From the NCBI GenBank assembly GCA_964016885.1, contig OZ024743.1:305908001-305972000 (forward strand): 64,000 bases of DNA, read 5' to 3'. A program made the position numbers and the translations under genes. Positions 15,041-28,200 of the stretch are shown here, one piece after another; the first letter of the stretch is position 1, and each line of letters starts with the position of its first letter. The notes under the pieces were generated by a model. It was given only the letters and a program-made list of their open reading frames with translations. It made no database searches and was not told the origin of the DNA. The DNA comes from Eledone cirrhosa. Its lineage: Eukaryota.

Positions 15041-15305
15041 ACCCTAGATAGTAGAGATACTCTGTATAGGTAGAGTATATATACTTTACACAACAGAAAT
15101 TGTCTATATATATAGGTACAATATATACACCCTAGACAGTAGAGATAGTCTATATCCATATGTACATTATATATACTCCACACAACAGAGAGAGTCTTTA
15201 TCTGTTGGCACATTGTATATACCCTAGATAGCAGAGAAGGCATTTATCCTATATGTACATTATATATATATATATATACACTAGACAGTAGAGATATCTA
15301 TAGAT
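15041..15305. repeat. highly degenerate 46-bp satellite monomers (true end of array)
   Basis: Repeated CCCTAGACAGTAGAGATAGTCTATAT-like units. Confidence 0.8.
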
Positions 15306-15726
15306 AAGGAATCAAACATTTATTTCTCAGAAAGGTACAGAGTCTGTGCTCTCTGTGTGAATAAGAAGTGATGGGTGGGTCCAGCTCATGCTGGAGCCTA
15401 TGAATTTGTGCAAAAAAGATAATTGGATTATCTGACAGATCAAAAAAGATTTGAAATTATCTGTTAGATGAAAAACTTGGTTATACCCCGAATGTATTTG
15501 ATCATATATCGTCAGGATCTGAGACAACGGTAGCTAAAAGAAGGAGACCTTAAAATAGTGTTGGACCATGTACTTCTCTCGGCATAAAACAGTAAAATAA
15601 AGAAGGAAAGTAAAAACTTTGTATATTTAATCCCTATGTCACAATTAAGTTTAATAGTTTTCTTGTCATGAGCAAAATGCCGTTCAATCAATTTCTGTCC
15701 TTTTCTCATTGTTCCATCTGGTTGCA

Positions 15727-15812
15727 AGATATCATAGTTATTTCCCTTCATTCTCTCTGCGGTAGAATGAAGATATCATAGTTACTTCCCTTATTTCTCA
15801 CTGAGGTAGAAT
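15727..15812. repeat. about 44-bp tandem duplication
   Basis: AGATATCATAGTTAYTTCCCTT...GGTAGAATG occurs twice. Confidence 0.75.
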
Positions 15813-15831
15813 GTAATTAATGATCAATAAA

Positions 15832-16010
15832 TGGGTTGGCAGTATTGGTAGAGAGTCGGACGCCATGCTTTCCAGCATAGTTACGTCCCTTAACGGTCTG
15901 AGTTCAAATCTTGCCGAAGTTAACTTTGCCTTTCATCCTTACGGGGTCGATAAAATAAAGTATCAGTAATGTACTGGGTATTTGCTGGTCTCGTGCCAAA
16001 AGTAGAAACA
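15832..16010 (+). mobile_element. tRNA-derived SINE
   Basis: A-box-like TGGCAGTATTGG, B-box GAGTTCAAATC, conserved body ACTTTGCCTTTCATCCTTACGGGGTCGATAAAA; several copies in the window. Confidence 0.88.
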
Positions 16011-16018
16011 ATATAAAG

Positions 16019-17282
16019 CACAGGTTCTCAACCCATTTCGGCCAAATACCTCCTTTTGTCCCTCGAAATCACGAAACGCCCCCTTACCCTATTTTTCCAT
16101 TATTCAATATACTACTGATTTTGATATCTAGATTACTAAAATATTTGACTAACAATATTCCAAAAATACATTATAAATACATTCCTTGTATATAAATTTA
16201 AAAAAAAAAGAACATAAATGTTCTTTTTTATGAATAAGGACCAGTTGAATTTGTTATATTCCCACCAGATGATACCAGCTCTTTTGAACATTTATACAAG
16301 AGCAAATCTGTCTATCCAAAGAGAGCTCTTATCTGGAAGAAAGTGGCAATTATATCATTTCAAAGATTTCCAATTTTCCCTTTAATGAAACGGACAGAAT
16401 AAATGTTGATATCTAACTTGATTTCCCCTCTACTTTGTGAGCTTAGAGACCATGGAAGAGGAGAGGGTTTTCATGATCACGTAAGAGGGTATATTTATTA
16501 GTAAATGGTAAAATATATACAACAAATGAGGAAGTGAATTGTTAGATGGTTTCCAGTCCAGTCATACTGCAACTACAAACAAATATAATTGTTAGTTTGC
16601 TTCGTAACAATAGCATATTCAAATTTTCGGATAAATCGACTTACTTTAACTTTGACCTCATTTCAATGGGAATCTTGAGCTTCATGGAGTCTAGCTAACT
16701 CTTTGACGTCAGGCTAGATTTTCGTAAGATGTAGTCGGAGAACTCCACATGTAATTACATTGTAGCGGTTGTGATACTTACTGTGCAGGTCTGGAAACAG
16801 CGCCACACCCCCTCTCGACTAAGTATGAGCTTGGAAAAGGCAAAGCAAATCTCTTAGCCTCTGTATGTAGGAGTGGAAATCAACGCTGAATTTCCTCTTG
16901 CATCCCAAAAATGGGTTCACCTATTTTCGAAAATCTAATTTTGATCATGTCACCTGTTTGAAGTTCAATGAATTCTTCCTGAAATTTAACGTCCAAACCG
17001 TCATCGTTAGCTATAAAGGGATCTGCTATCCATATAGGGATAATGCATTGCACTGGCTGTCTCAGAGACGTACAAATATGACTTATAAAACTTACCAAAG
17101 TAAAGCGCCTTCCAGCGCCCCCTAAAGCTCCAAACGCCCCTCTAACGCCCCTTTGCTTTAAATCACCCCCCACCCACCCCCTCCTATTCGCCCACATCCC
17201 ACCCCGCCACCATACCCCACTCCCCCAACTGGAGCTCTGAAACGCCTCTCGGGAGGGTATATGCCCCCATTGAGAACCTTTG
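16019..17282 (-). mobile_element. non-autonomous hAT (Charlie/Buster) element retaining the transposase C-terminus
   Basis: TIRs CACAGGTTCTCAA / TTGAGAACCTTTG; TSD ATATAAAG / ATATAAAA. Minus strand reads WIADPF..FQEEFIELQ and LRLHLTKI*PDVKELARLHEAQDSH* (about 16665-17050). Confidence 0.85.
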
Positions 17283-17366
17283 ATATAAAAGATAGGATAA
17301 CATTTTATAATCAATTAAAGTGTTCTCTGATCTCTATCTGTCAGTTTGTATGTATGTATGTATGTT

Positions 17367-17407
<41 letters not shown>

Positions 17408-17513
17408 TATATATATATATATAGATATATATAAGTTTATCCCAGTTTCAATCTGGGGTAACCACAGTAAGTAAGTTACTCAATACATATAAAATAATCG
17501 GAAGAAATCATCA

Positions 17514-17564
17514 GGAAGCCTGATGATTTCTCCCGAATGAAACAGTTCTAGTCCTATAGCAGAC
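17514..17564 (+). ncRNA. hammerhead ribozyme remnant (same family as 56330)
   Basis: CTGATGA-TTTCTCCCGAAT-GAAA-CAGTTCTAGTCCTA-TA; the 5' strand of stem I is replaced by a fold-back inversion (17499-17535). Confidence 0.6.
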
Positions 17565-17654
<90 letters not shown>

Positions 17655-17690
17655 GTGTGTGTGTGTGTGTGTGTGTGCGTGCGCGCGTGT

Positions 17691-17771
<81 letters not shown>

Positions 17772-18171
17772 TGTGCATGTGTGAATGTATGTATGTATAG
17801 ACTGACCCTGGTGTTCAGTGACCGGTTCAGAGCTTATGAACAACAACATCTATAACAACAACAACAACAACAGCTGCATCTAAGCGATAAAAAGTCAAAC
17901 AGCAACATCATTACCTGCCACCACCACCACCACTCAGTCAAAACGATCACCATATAAAAACAACAACAACAAAAAGATAAATCTAAACAGCAACACACCA
18001 AAAGCTTCAATTGTACCCACTCTTTCAAAAGACAACAATTGCAACATCTATAGTATTAATGATAGTAATATATATATATATATGCGTGTGCGTGCATTAT
18101 TGTGCGTATTAGTGTGTGTAAGTGAGTGGTGTGTGTTTGTGTTTGTTTGTATGCATGAGTGTTTGTTTGTG

Positions 18172-18234
<63 letters not shown>

Positions 18235-18239
18235 TATGT

Positions 18240-21200
18240 ATGGGTGTCACTAAATGAGAAGGAAAATCCTTAAAACCTAGGATTGAAGCATCTCCCAATC
18301 ATCTTGTTTCGGCATGTCATTGGACTGTAGTTGTGAATACTCAAAGAGTGGTACTCGTGTTGTACAAGCGTTAACTACTATAATATACTGATGTACAGAT
18401 GTCTCTTACATCTTTCTTCGTCTATCCTATTTCTGAAATACTGCAGTGATAGACGAATAGTAACATGTACAGACCTAACCAGTTGGAAGCTTATAGTCAC
18501 AAGTCTACTCACAGGCGCCCTGATCTTACTTTGCCTCCCTCGAGCAGGAATAAGAATAAGGCAAATGCAAAAAATACGTGAAAGATCGTGTCAAACTCAA
18601 CATTTGTTGTTCGAACGTTAGGACACTCCTGGACAGAAACTCGCCTGGACGTCCAGAACATAGAACTGCACTTGTGACAAAGGAACTCAAAACATTGAAC
18701 ATAGACATAACAGCTTTATTTGAAACACGTTTGACGGGAGAAGACAAATTAACAGAAGTATCATCAGGCTTCTTTTGGGGTAGGTAAACCCATAGCTGAA
18801 TGGAGAGAGGGTGGTGTTGACTTTGCCATAAGAACATCCCTGCTTGATCGTATGGAATGCCCTACTGGTGTAACCGATCGCATTATGTAGCTTCGTATTC
18901 CTCTGAGACATGGCCGTTATATAACACTTTTATTTGTTTATCACCAACCCTACAGACCAGAGAGGTGGTACTTCATTCTTTCTATGAGTCTCTTCATGCT
19001 GTCATTGCATGCACACCAGCTGACAATAAATTATTACTTCTCAGTGATTTTAATGCTCATGTGCGTAGTGATCATCAGACGTGGGGTGCCATTGGTCCAT
19101 TTAGTATTGGTAAAATCAACACCAGCAACCTAAGATTGCTTGAATAATGCTCAGAACTCAACTTAACCATCTGCAACACTCTTTTCCATCAGAAGCTCAA
19201 ATATAAAGCTACCTGGTATCATGCAAGATCCAAGCATGGACACATGATTGATTTCAATATCACTCGTAAACGAGATCTTAGTGATGTATGTACAGTGCGT
19301 ATGTTGTGTAGTGTAGAATGTGGCACTGACCACAAATTAGTGCGAGGAAAGTTCAAGATGAGTATCCGAAAAAGAATTCGTATGAGTGGAGTGAAAGCAC
19401 CGAAACGCATTGATGTCACAAAACTCAGGCAAGCAGATGTGCGTGCAACCCTAACTGAAAGATTTGATGGTCTTGATTTTGATGCAACTGGAAAAACTTC
19501 AGAGATCAAATTTACTCAGTGGGAGCTGAGGTACTTGGCTTCAGAACCAAGAAACACCAGGACTGGTTCGATGACAACAATCCTAATATCAATCAGCTAC
19601 TGAAAATCAAGCACACTCTCTATGAAAAGCTCCTGAATCAAATTCACGTAGCACAACCAGCTATTGGGAAAGCCTAGAAAGATCACAAGGCAACACTGCA
19701 ACGCGAACTGCCCAGAGTGCAAAATGAGTGGTGGAGTAATATCTCTTCGGAAATACAACAGGCTTTTGACACCAAAGATTCGAAGTCATTTTACTCATTG
19801 ATGCGCCAAGCCCTTGGCACACCAACATCCTCAGTAACTTCTCTGAGATCTAAGGATGATGCCAATATCATCATCAAAGAGCTATCAAAAATCGTTCAGC
19901 GTTGGGAGGACCATTTTACTGACCTGTTTGACACCCCATCAGCAGTCAATTTTGGAGTGATAGAGGGCCTTCCTCGATGTGAAACAGTCTATCGTACGGA
20001 TCGACTTCCCTGTGCTGATGAAATAAAGCTGTCAGTCAAGCAGGTTAACTCTAGCAAGGCACCAGGTCCAGATGGTATCCCAATCGAAATCCTGAAAGTC
20101 GGTGGTGATAATGTAACAGAAGCAATAAACAACTTCATCCACAATACTGGATCAATGGTATTGTGTTGTCATTATACAAAGGCAAAGGTAAAAAATCAAT
20201 ATGCGGAAATTATCGTGGCATCACTTTGTTGGAAGCTATTGGCAAGGTTCTTGCAAGGTTCTCGACAGACTGGAGGAGGATATCTGTCCTATAGCTATCC
20301 CAGAATAACAGAGTGGTTTTAGACGAGGAAGGGGAACAGTTGACATGATTTTCTCTATAAGACAAATACAAGAAAAATGCATTGAGCAGTGTGTCCCCCT
20401 ATATCAAGTCTTTGTCGACCTAACGAAGGCTTTTAACACAGTTAACAGAGATGCACTCTGGAAAAGTGGGTTGTCCCCCCAGGTTTGTGAGTATGCTAAA
20501 ACAGCTGCACAGAAATATGAAAGCTCCGGTTACCTTCAATGGCCAACTATCTGGGGAAATCCCAATTGACAGCGGGGTAAAGCAAAGTGATATTCCTGCT
20601 CCTACGCTTTTCTCCATCTCCTTTGCTGCCTTACTCGCACATGCTTTCCATGATTGTGACAGAGGCATTCTCTTACGGTTTAGAAAAACTGGAAAGGTTT
20701 TCAACTTTAGACGGTTTAATGCCAAGACAAAAACTTTTCAAGCTTTGATCAGAGGCCTTCTATACGCCGACGACGCTGACTTCCTAGCACACACAGAAGC
20801 TGTCATGCAACACATTATGGACCGTTTCTTATCCTCGTATATAGCATTTGGGCTTACAATAAGCTTTAAAAAGACCAAAGTAATATTTACCACTGCTCCT
20901 GGAGACCCATATACTAAACCCCATATCATGATTGATAGAACCAGATTGGGAGTAGTAGATAAATTTGTCTACTTGAGTAGCACACTCTCAAATGATGGCT
21001 CCTTGGATGCTGAAATACATCTGCGCATCCAGAAGGCCTCTGTTGCTTTCGGAAAATTGGAAAAGAGAGTTTGGACAAATCGCAACATTACCAACAATAC
21101 CAAGGTGTGTGTGTATAGATCATGTGTTCTGTCTGCTCTTTTATACTCCACCGAAACCTGGACGCTATTCCGCAAACACACCAAATTGCTTGAGCGTTTT

Positions 21201-21425
21201 CAGCAGAAATGTTTAAGGCGCATATTCAACATCAAGTGGCAAGACAGAACTCCTGACATCCATGTCCTTATCAAAGCAGAATGCCCAAGCATTGAGTCCC
21301 AAGTAACATCTCAAATGCGCTGGACAGTACATATTGTCCGCATGAAAGAAAGCAGGATCCTGAAGCAACTGTTTTACGGTGAGCTCCATCTTGTAAAAAG
21401 GCCTCAACACAAACCGAAAATACAT
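18240..21425 (+). mobile_element. decayed near-full-length RTE LINE, related to the intact copy at 25 kb; 3' end missing
   Basis: NVRTLLDR..RPEHRTALV, DFNAHV, GTDHKLV, KAPGPDG, FVDLTKAF, LLYADD, KQLFYGEL spread over frameshifted ORFs. Confidence 0.92.
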
Positions 21426-21728
21426 TTGCCCTAAAATATATATTTACGCACACTTTTTCACTATACGTATACAGTTGTACATACACATATATGCACATCT
21501 GTGAGCGTATATACATACATAACTATATTTCTTGAAAGATTTTTATATATTTCATATTGTAATTCTTTTGTCTATATTTTTTTTGCTTTTCTTGATGAGA
21601 CTTTCCAAGTATTTAGCCATGTTTTATATTGCCTCGTCTGACGAACGAATGAAGACGTTTCTTTCGTATTCGCCTCATTCGGGAAACCTCTGGTAATGAG
21701 GTAATTATATTGTGTTGATTTTTATACA
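21426..21728 (+). mobile_element. 3'-terminal fragment of the Naiad-type PLE found at 46-49.5 kb
   Basis: Colinear with 49180-49500 and carries the same hammerhead; followed by (TA)n. Confidence 0.82.
21628..21705 (+). ncRNA. type I hammerhead ribozyme, family A, intact core
   Basis: Stem I ATTGCCTCGT/ATGAGGTAAT; core CTGACGA; stem II CGAATGA..TCATTCG; GAAA; stem III CC-TCT-GG; cleavage triplet GUA. Confidence 0.85.
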
Positions 21729-21791
21729 TTATATATATATATATAAATGAAAGGTATAGAAAGAATTGTAGCAAGAAGCCAACAGTAATCC

Positions 21792-21834
<43 letters not shown>

Positions 21835-21842
<8 letters not shown>

Positions 21843-22362
21843 ATACTTCGGGAGGGTCATGTTGCCAATAAGAAATACACGCACCAGTTGTTTCACTTCA
21901 ATTTATTATAATAAATTTATAAATTTAGCAATTTATAAATTTCCGGTTGGTTGGTTGGTTCCACAACCAGATGGTTGTTTATATATTGTCAAAGTTCTTT
22001 CGTCACACATTATGTGACCTCTTCAGTGACTGGGGATTCTTTTCTTTGTTTTTTTGTGCCTCTCCTTTGTTCTGTCCTACGCCATCTTGGCTCAAGATGG
22101 CGTAGGACAGAACAAAGGGAGGCACAAAACACAAAAAAACAAAGAAAAGAATCCCTAGTCAATGAAGAGGTCACAGAATGTGTGACGAAAGAACTTTGAC
22201 AATATATAAACAACCATCTGGTTGTGGAACCAACCAACCAACCGGAAATTTATAAATTGCTAAATTTATAAATTTATAAATTTATTATAATAAATTGAAG
22301 TGAAAGCAACTGGTGCGTGTGTTTCTTATTGGCAACATGACCCTTCCAAAGTATAACAATAT
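21835..22362. repeat. about 530-bp near-perfect palindrome in (TA)n with a 3-nt loop at 22090-22092 and a 55-nt unpaired tail
   Basis: Arms are reverse complements (mirror ORFs 21951+ and 22237-); apex CGCCATCTTG-GCT-CAAGATGGCG. Confidence 0.96.
21988..22030 (-). ncRNA. minimal type I hammerhead in the left palindrome arm; mirror copy 22158-22200 (+) has C3A
   Basis: GTCA-CTGAAGA-G-GTCACA-TAATG-TGTGAC-GAAA-GAAC-TT-TGAC. Confidence 0.75.
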
Positions 22363-22414
22363 CGGTTTCAACACACGTTTTCAGATAAAGAATCTTGCTA
22401 AACAAATTCACAAA

Positions 22415-22482
<68 letters not shown>

Positions 22483-22555
22483 ATGTATATATATATATGT
22501 GTGTGTGTGCGCGTGCGTGCGTGCGTACTTGCGTGCGTGCGTGCGTGTGTGCGTA

Positions 22556-22622
<67 letters not shown>

Positions 22623-22960
22623 GCCTTCCAATTTCATTTTACATTATTTACATGTCTGTGTATATGTTAATTATTAGAAAATTACTTTTTAAGTGAACGT
22701 GAACTAACAGGTCATGGATGGTAGTAGACACTATAATTAGTAAAAACATAAACATTTTTTCCCGCAAAAATTTCATTGCACTTTTTTGTTTCTACTTATG
22801 TATTTTTTAAAAATGTTATTTATTCATTATAAAAATTAAATGATAGCATTCTATATGTAGGTGAGCCCCCTTTATCTCCTGGGAACTAAAATTTTTAAAT
22901 CCAATGTGCCATTGTATGTATGTATGTATGTATGTATGTATGTATGTATGTATGTGTATG

Positions 22961-23630
22961 TCAGGTCACCAGTTGGTGCTACTGGTAACATGTATCCCAG
23001 TACAACCTGTCTCATGGTGGGGTCGTTGGTGACTTAACTGGCAACCCCACCAAGGTTTCTTGGAGGGTGACTTTGGACATCCTGCAGGACTAAAAACAAA
23101 ACCTGTCAAAGGGCAAAGGAGCTCTTAAGAGTCAATGGCCATCCAAAATCACCGGGAGAGATGACCCCTTAGCCTTTGTCAAGGCAGAATTCTAGGAGAA
23201 GGAAAACTCTGATATAACACCTGCAACCCTGATGGTACCCAATGATGTTGACTTGTTCTTCTTTTTGGTAAATATCATCTTGGTTAAGAGAGTGGGACTG
23301 GCTTTGTGCAGTGCCTTTGCTCACTATAAAAGCTTCACGGCACAGGCATTGCTTTATATCTGGAGATCTCTCCGCCCTTGTCGTCACATGGTACCATGCG
23401 CCCAGCACTATGTGTCAATAATTGTCACAAGTGTAGTGTTTGTACTAGAGTTTTCAAGTTGCTGGCTGGACTAAAAAGTCACACTCGTTCAGCGCATCGG
23501 TAGGGGTTCTCCTAAATGGATATACAGTAGTGGCCGTACTCGAAAACGAGTTGGCAGCCACCATGTATGTATGTATGTATGTATGTATGTATGTATGTAT
23601 GTATGTATGTATGTATGTATGTATGTATAT
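22961..23630 (+). mobile_element. non-autonomous bipartite RTE derivative (5' UTR fused to 3' tail), flanked by (TATG)n
   Basis: 23160-23352 aligns with RTE 5' UTR 24900-25110. The 3' end TGGCCGTACTCGAAAACGAGTTGGCAGCCACCA(TGTA)n matches the RTE end at 28990-29040. No coding sequence. Confidence 0.85.
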
Positions 23631-24264
23631 ATGAGGGAGCTTATAGATAGGACAACACACGCTGTCTCTTCGTGGGGTAAGTTTTTAATTAATTTTTGTA
23701 TTCTGAAACATCAAAATACAACAATTTGTTGGTTACTGGTCTCGGGAATGTCACGACAGAAGTTTGTGGAAGTTACACAAATATTTTAGTATATTTTAGC
23801 AGAGCAATCCTTATTTATATTTTACATTTACTTACATCTCAATATAACATGGCTAGAATTCAAATTTTGCTAAGAGAAGAAAACGGTCAAATGAACTAGA
23901 TACATCTCACTGTCCACACCACCACAATAACGTCTACACTCTCTCCCCACCATCACATGTCATTACCATACCATACCCTATCGAGACTAAAGTCATCGAC
24001 CTGTTGTCAAACTCTCTACTCTCTGATGAATGTATATATATATATGTGTGTGTATGTATATGTGTGTATATACATCACTCAGTCAAACAACCAGATTTCA
24101 ACCCCAACATCTACAACAACAACAACACCGGCCCTAATGTTTACAGCAACAACAGCTTCAGAATGAACTGAAATGAACATTTACAACAATTACAACAACA
24201 ACAACAACAGCGGCATCAAAACATAAAAAAAAGGAAGGGAAAAGAAAAAAGAAAAGGGAAGGGG

Positions 24265-24313
<49 letters not shown>

Positions 24314-24804
24314 AAGAAAGGAAAAAAAAAAAAAAAAAAAAACTCAAATAACAAAACACACACACACACACACACACAACAGAACAACAACATCAACTGC
24401 CACCACCACCACCACCGCCACCGCCGTCGCCATCACCATCACCAGCGACCTGGCCTTAAGAACAACTTTAATAATAATTTTTCTGCTTTTGGCACGGATC
24501 CAGCGACTGGCCAGCGCATCACTGGTACTCTCTTTTGTTGACTCCGTGGAGAGCCATAACTCTATGCTGTAAAGCAATTATAGTAATACTGGACTGTAAT
24601 ACGATCGGCTTCAACTATACAAACTCTTGAAAGTCAACAGTTGACATAATCTGGTAATCTTGTATCAGTAATGACGGTAATATATATATATATATGTGTG
24701 TGTGTGCGTGTAAGTGAGTAGAGTAGCGTGTGTGTGTGAGTGTTGCTGTGTGCACGCATATGTATGCGTGTGTGTGTATGTCGTACGTATAAGTGTCAAT
24801 AAGT

Positions 24805-24835
<31 letters not shown>

Positions 24836-24837
<2 letters not shown>

Positions 24838-25172
24838 GCGGGGACATAGAAATAATCGGGCTGGATGCCCGATCGCGCAGTTAAACCACTGGGAGTGAAG
24901 AACCCCTAGCCCATGTCAGGGTATTCTTCTAGGAGAAGGCATCTCAGGAAACTGGGTTAACTCCGATATAAAACCTGCGGCTCAGTAGTTACCGATGATG
25001 TTGATCTTTTCTTCTTTTCGGGTTATAGCTACTGTCGCTCAGAGAGTGGGATTGGTTCAGTGCACAGTCTTTCCTCACTTTAAAAATATTCGTCACGCAC
25101 AGGCATTGCACGAGTGCATTAATAATTATTAATAGTGTATTATTATTATTATTATTATTATTACTATTATTA

Positions 25173-25215
<43 letters not shown>

Positions 25216-28200
25216 CCCAATTCAATGATGTTCCAGAACAATGTAAACGAGATAATTGCCAATTTGGGTTCTGGAACAAAAAAGATCATTGGCAATAAGG
25301 GCAGGGGCCCCAAGTTATCACAACCTGGGCCCGCCCGTCATCGTGCCATTGTAATAGAGCCAAACAGGGCATTTAGTCTTGGCTGCTGGAACGTACGGAC
25401 GCTGCTTGACAGGGATTCTTTGGAGCGTCCTGAACGAAGGACCGCTCTTGTTGCGAAGGAGCTTCGACGTTACGATCTTGACATCGTGGCTTTGTCTGAG
25501 ACGAGGTTAGCTGGAGATGGTCATCTTACGGAATTTTGTGGAGAATATACATTCTTCTGGAAAGGAAGAGATGAAGGAACCAGAAGAGAGGCTGGGGTAG
25601 GATTTGCTGTTAAGACTGTACTGGTGAATAAATTGGAAGAATTCCCAGTGGGGATTAGTGAGCGTCTTATGTCCATGAGAGTTCCGCTGGACAAGGGAAG
25701 ATATGCTACCCTGGTGAGTGTGTATGCTCCAACTATGAATTCTGTCGATGAAGAAAAACTGTCCTTTTACCATGCCTTGAAAGGTGTTTTAAGAAATATC
25801 CCTCAGGCAGACAAAGTCATCGTGCTTGGTGACTTTAATGCTAGAGTGGGTAGGGATTTTAACACATGGAATGTAATCGGAAGGCATGGGGTGGGAAAGT
25901 GTAACAGCAATGGTATGCTCTTGCTGCAGATGTGTGAGGAGCTGGATCTGTGTGTTACCAACACCATGTTCCAACAAAAGAACAAATTCAAGACCACATG
26001 GATGCATCCTGCATCTAAGGAATGGCATCTTTTGGACTACGTCCTAGTCAGGATGCGTGACAGACAGGATGTGCGGTGTGTTCGTGTTCTTCGTGGAGCT
26101 GAGTGCTGGACGGACCACCGCCTGGTACGCGCAAAAGTGAATCTAATCACCAAACGTAAAATCCGGGCTCCTGGTGTTACCCTGCCCAAAAGATTGAATG
26201 CTGCTCGTCTTAAGGATAAAAATGTGAAGAGGACATTGGAAGAAGAGATGCAGGCTGCAGATCTTGGTGAGGATTGGCCGACCCTTAAAAAGTCGGTTTA
26301 TGATGTAGGCAGACGTGTTCTGGGATTGGTGCAGAGAAAACATCAGGACTGGTTTAATGAGAAAGATGTGCATATAGATGACTTGTTGGCTGATAAGAGG
26401 CGCGCTCTGTCACGCTACTTGACGGCAAGACCACAGGAGAGGAATACGTTGCATGAGGAGCTCAGGGATGTAAAATCACGTGTTAGGCGGAGTCTTTCTC
26501 AGATGAAGGATCAGTGGTGGAGTGAGAAGGCTGGTGAGATACAAACTGCGTCTGATTGCAATAACACAAAGCTGTTGTACAGTCTCTTGCGTGAGGTTTA
26601 TGGACCGTCTTCTTCTCTGGTGACACCGATTCGCAGCAAGGATGGCAAAGAACTTCTTCGTGACTCACAGGGAATTCTACGAAGGTGGCGGGAGCACTTT
26701 GATGATCTTTTGAATCAGCCGTCTGTCGTCAGTGAAGATTTCCTCAATCTCATTCCGGAAAGTCCTGTGAAAGTAGCTCTCGCAGAGCCTCCGACACTTG
26801 TGGAGGTTGCAGTGGCTATTTCGAAGCTGAACAGTGGAAGATCTCCAGGTATGGATGGCATACATGCTGAGCTCCTACAATATGGTGGTGAGAGACTCCT
26901 GCAACATCTTCACTCTCTGTTTGGAAGGATATGGGCTAATGAATCCGTGCCTGAGGACTGGAGAGATGCAGTAATGGTGGTCTTGTACAAGGGAAAGGGT
27001 AACAGGAATGATTGTGGGAACTACAGAGGTATATCATTGCTTTCTGTCGTGGGGAAAGTTTTATGTAGGGTGCTTCTGGACCGTCTGCTGACACACATTG
27101 CAGATTGTGTCCTTCCTGAAAGTCAATCTGGTTTTCGTGTTGGACGCGGCACTACTGATATGATCTTCTCAGCTAGACAGCTCCAGGAGAAGTGCATTGA
27201 ACAGGGCTTGGATCTGTATCAGGTTTTTGTCGATCTGACAAAGGCTTTCGATACTGTCAACAGAGATGCATTATGGAAGGTTCTCCAGAAACTTGGTTGC
27301 CCTGATAAGTTCCTTGCTTTAGTTAGGTCTTTCCATGACGACATGAAGGCTTGGGTTAATGTCGGAGGTAACATGTCGGAGCCTATCTCAGTAAAAAATG
27401 GAGTGAAACAGGGGGATATTCCAGCACCGACCCTGTTTGCCATATACTTTGCAATGGTTTTCTGTATTGCATTCAGGAATTGCGAGCATGGTGTTTACAT
27501 CCGATATCGAACCTCAGGCAGCATATTTAACATCAGGCGCTTTGCTGCGAAGACAAAAGTATTTACATCAGTCATAAGAGACCTCTTGTATGCAGATGAT
27601 TGCGATCTTGTAGCGCACACAGAGAGTGATATGCAGCACATTTTGAATGTATTTTCTGACGCTTGCACTGCCCTGGGTTTGACTGTCAGTCTCAAGAAAA
27701 CCGTCGTCATGTACCAACCTGCACCTGGTAGGCAGTACACTGAACCAAACATCTATGTGTATGGCAAACGACTTGGAGTGGTTGATCAGTTTGTCTACCT
27801 GGGAAGCACTGTCAATCGATACGGCAACCTTGACAGTGAAATCTCACTTAGGATTAGGAAAGCAAGTGATGCTTTCGGAAAGCTAGAAAGGCGACTCTGG
27901 GGTCGGCGAGACATATGCAGGAGGACAAAGGTAAGGGTGTACAGGGCATGTGTACTCTCTTGTCTTCTTTATGCCTGCGAGACCTGGGTCACATATCGAC
28001 GCCACCTTAAGCAATTGGAGCGTTTCCATCAGATGTGTCTCAGACGGATACATGGCGTTCGCTGGAGGGACCACATCAGTGATGTCGAGATTTTGGAAAG
28101 CTCTATGTGTGACAGTATAGAAGCTCTTGTGCTTAAGCAGCGACTCCGTTGGAGTGGTCACCTTGCCAGGATGAAGGATTCTAGAATACCAAAACAACTC

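Noticed and set aside
15331-15580. Possible exon after TTTCTCAG
   Set aside because: Several in-frame stops and no recognisable domain.
15832-15915. tRNA gene
   Set aside because: A and B boxes are present but there is no cloverleaf; it is a SINE head.
22961-23060. HDV-like ribozyme at the 5' end of the RTE derivative
   Set aside because: Hairpins are present but I could not assign P1.1, P2 and J4/2 consistently; needs a structure-based search.
25135-25224. Poly-Tyr/poly-Phe N-terminus of the 1211-aa ORF
   Set aside because: Microsatellite in the 5' UTR opened at a GTG; the first ATG is at 25225.
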